Shown here: piece by piece, positions 63,239 to 64,000 of the stretch
Layout of the letters: every line of letters begins with the position of its first letter
Numbering within the stretch: the stretch's first letter is position 1
NCBI RefSeq assembly: GCF_004010195.1
Contig: NC_057718.1
Coordinates: forward strand, 21,061,612 to 21,125,611
Length of the DNA stretch: 64,000 nucleotides
DNA from: Chiloscyllium plagiosum
Taxonomy: Eukaryota
Direction: 5' to 3'
Notes under the pieces: generated by a model
What the model saw: the letters and a program-made list of their open reading frames with translations, nothing else
Databases searched by the model: none
Told to the model about the DNA's origin: nothing
Program-made: the position numbers and the translations under genes

Positions 63239-64000
63239 AACTGGATATAGATATTTGTACCTGGATCTAACAGATAAAGGCAATGCAATATCTTGAGAAT
63301 GTCCCTACTCCAGAAAGCAAAGTCCAAAGAGATGCTATAAAGCAATTCAGTTTAAAAAATTATTTTAAATGCATTGTAATGATGCAGTTTAAGGCATCAA
63401 CACTATTTTCATAAATTGCTTTTTTTTGTGAAATAAGAACTAATTTTCCCAATGGTGCTTCCTAGTCAGCTTTGAGTCAAACATTCATCTGACCTGAGGT
63501 CATTCCCCAGCTAACAATCCTACTATTTCTGGTTGACAGCCTGATACAAAATTGCCACCTATCTGGTTGTGGGGCTTCTGCATTGAGCTCTGCAATTTAG
63601 AAAATTAACAGTTCTCAAGGAAACCCAAGAATGGAAAATGGGTGCAAATTACTTGAACTAAGGTATTCTAGAGCTACTTGGTTCATAAACCATGGGATCA
63701 CCACATGAAAAAAAATTGTAGTTTGCAGAAAGAATGAGGTATATACATACACACAAGGCACTTGAGTGAAAACAATGACTGCCCTGTCAATCTCTTTAGT
63801 ACTAAATTCATAAAAGAAACATAAGTTCTGCTACAGAAATCATCTGTTTACATCTGTACAAAGGTTTAACAAATTAGGAATGCTCTAACTTTTCTGTAAG
63901 AACAGGTTCGTTAAAAGGATTAATTTATCCATTAACTCAGTGGACTTTTGATAAAAGGCCTAAATTTTCAAACTCTCTGCAGACATATTAAATTAATATA

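Noticed and set aside
44314..64000. Upstream PRKD3 exon encoding the first part of C1a
   Set aside because: I could not find sequence for the HSY...FCD.CGEMLWGLVRQGLKCE region; it probably lies beyond the window.

Overview
Vertebrate genomic DNA, most likely from a shark or other elasmobranch (inferred from the repeat families). The whole 64 kb lies inside one minus-strand gene, protein kinase D3 (PRKD3). Six internal coding exons were read with GT-AG sites and matching phases (44171-44313, 27725-27914, 25225-25302, 21718-21901, 19921-20044, 12654-12731). They encode the end of C1a, C1b, the acidic linker and the start of the PH domain; I found no further exons, so the gene probably extends past both window edges. 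The introns are filled with decayed CR1 LINEs, Rex1/Babar-like LINEs, V-domain (HE1-like) SINEs, other tRNA-derived and Deu-domain SINEs, pogo/Tigger-like MITEs and Penelope-like elements (PLEs). No intact transposon ORF is present, and most of the ORF track is repeat fragments or noise. The most notable signals are: (1) repeated 120-220 bp PLE-derived insertions, mostly hairpins, with 13-15 bp target-site duplications, several carrying minimal hammerhead-ribozyme motifs of two sequence families; (2) a candidate 51-nt in-frame cassette exon in the C1a-C1b linker; (3) a closely related inverted CR1 pair flanking a C1b exon; (4) a multi-layer retroelement nest at 34.7-39.9 kb. Repeat boundaries were judged by eye and are approximate; exon boundaries were checked base by base.
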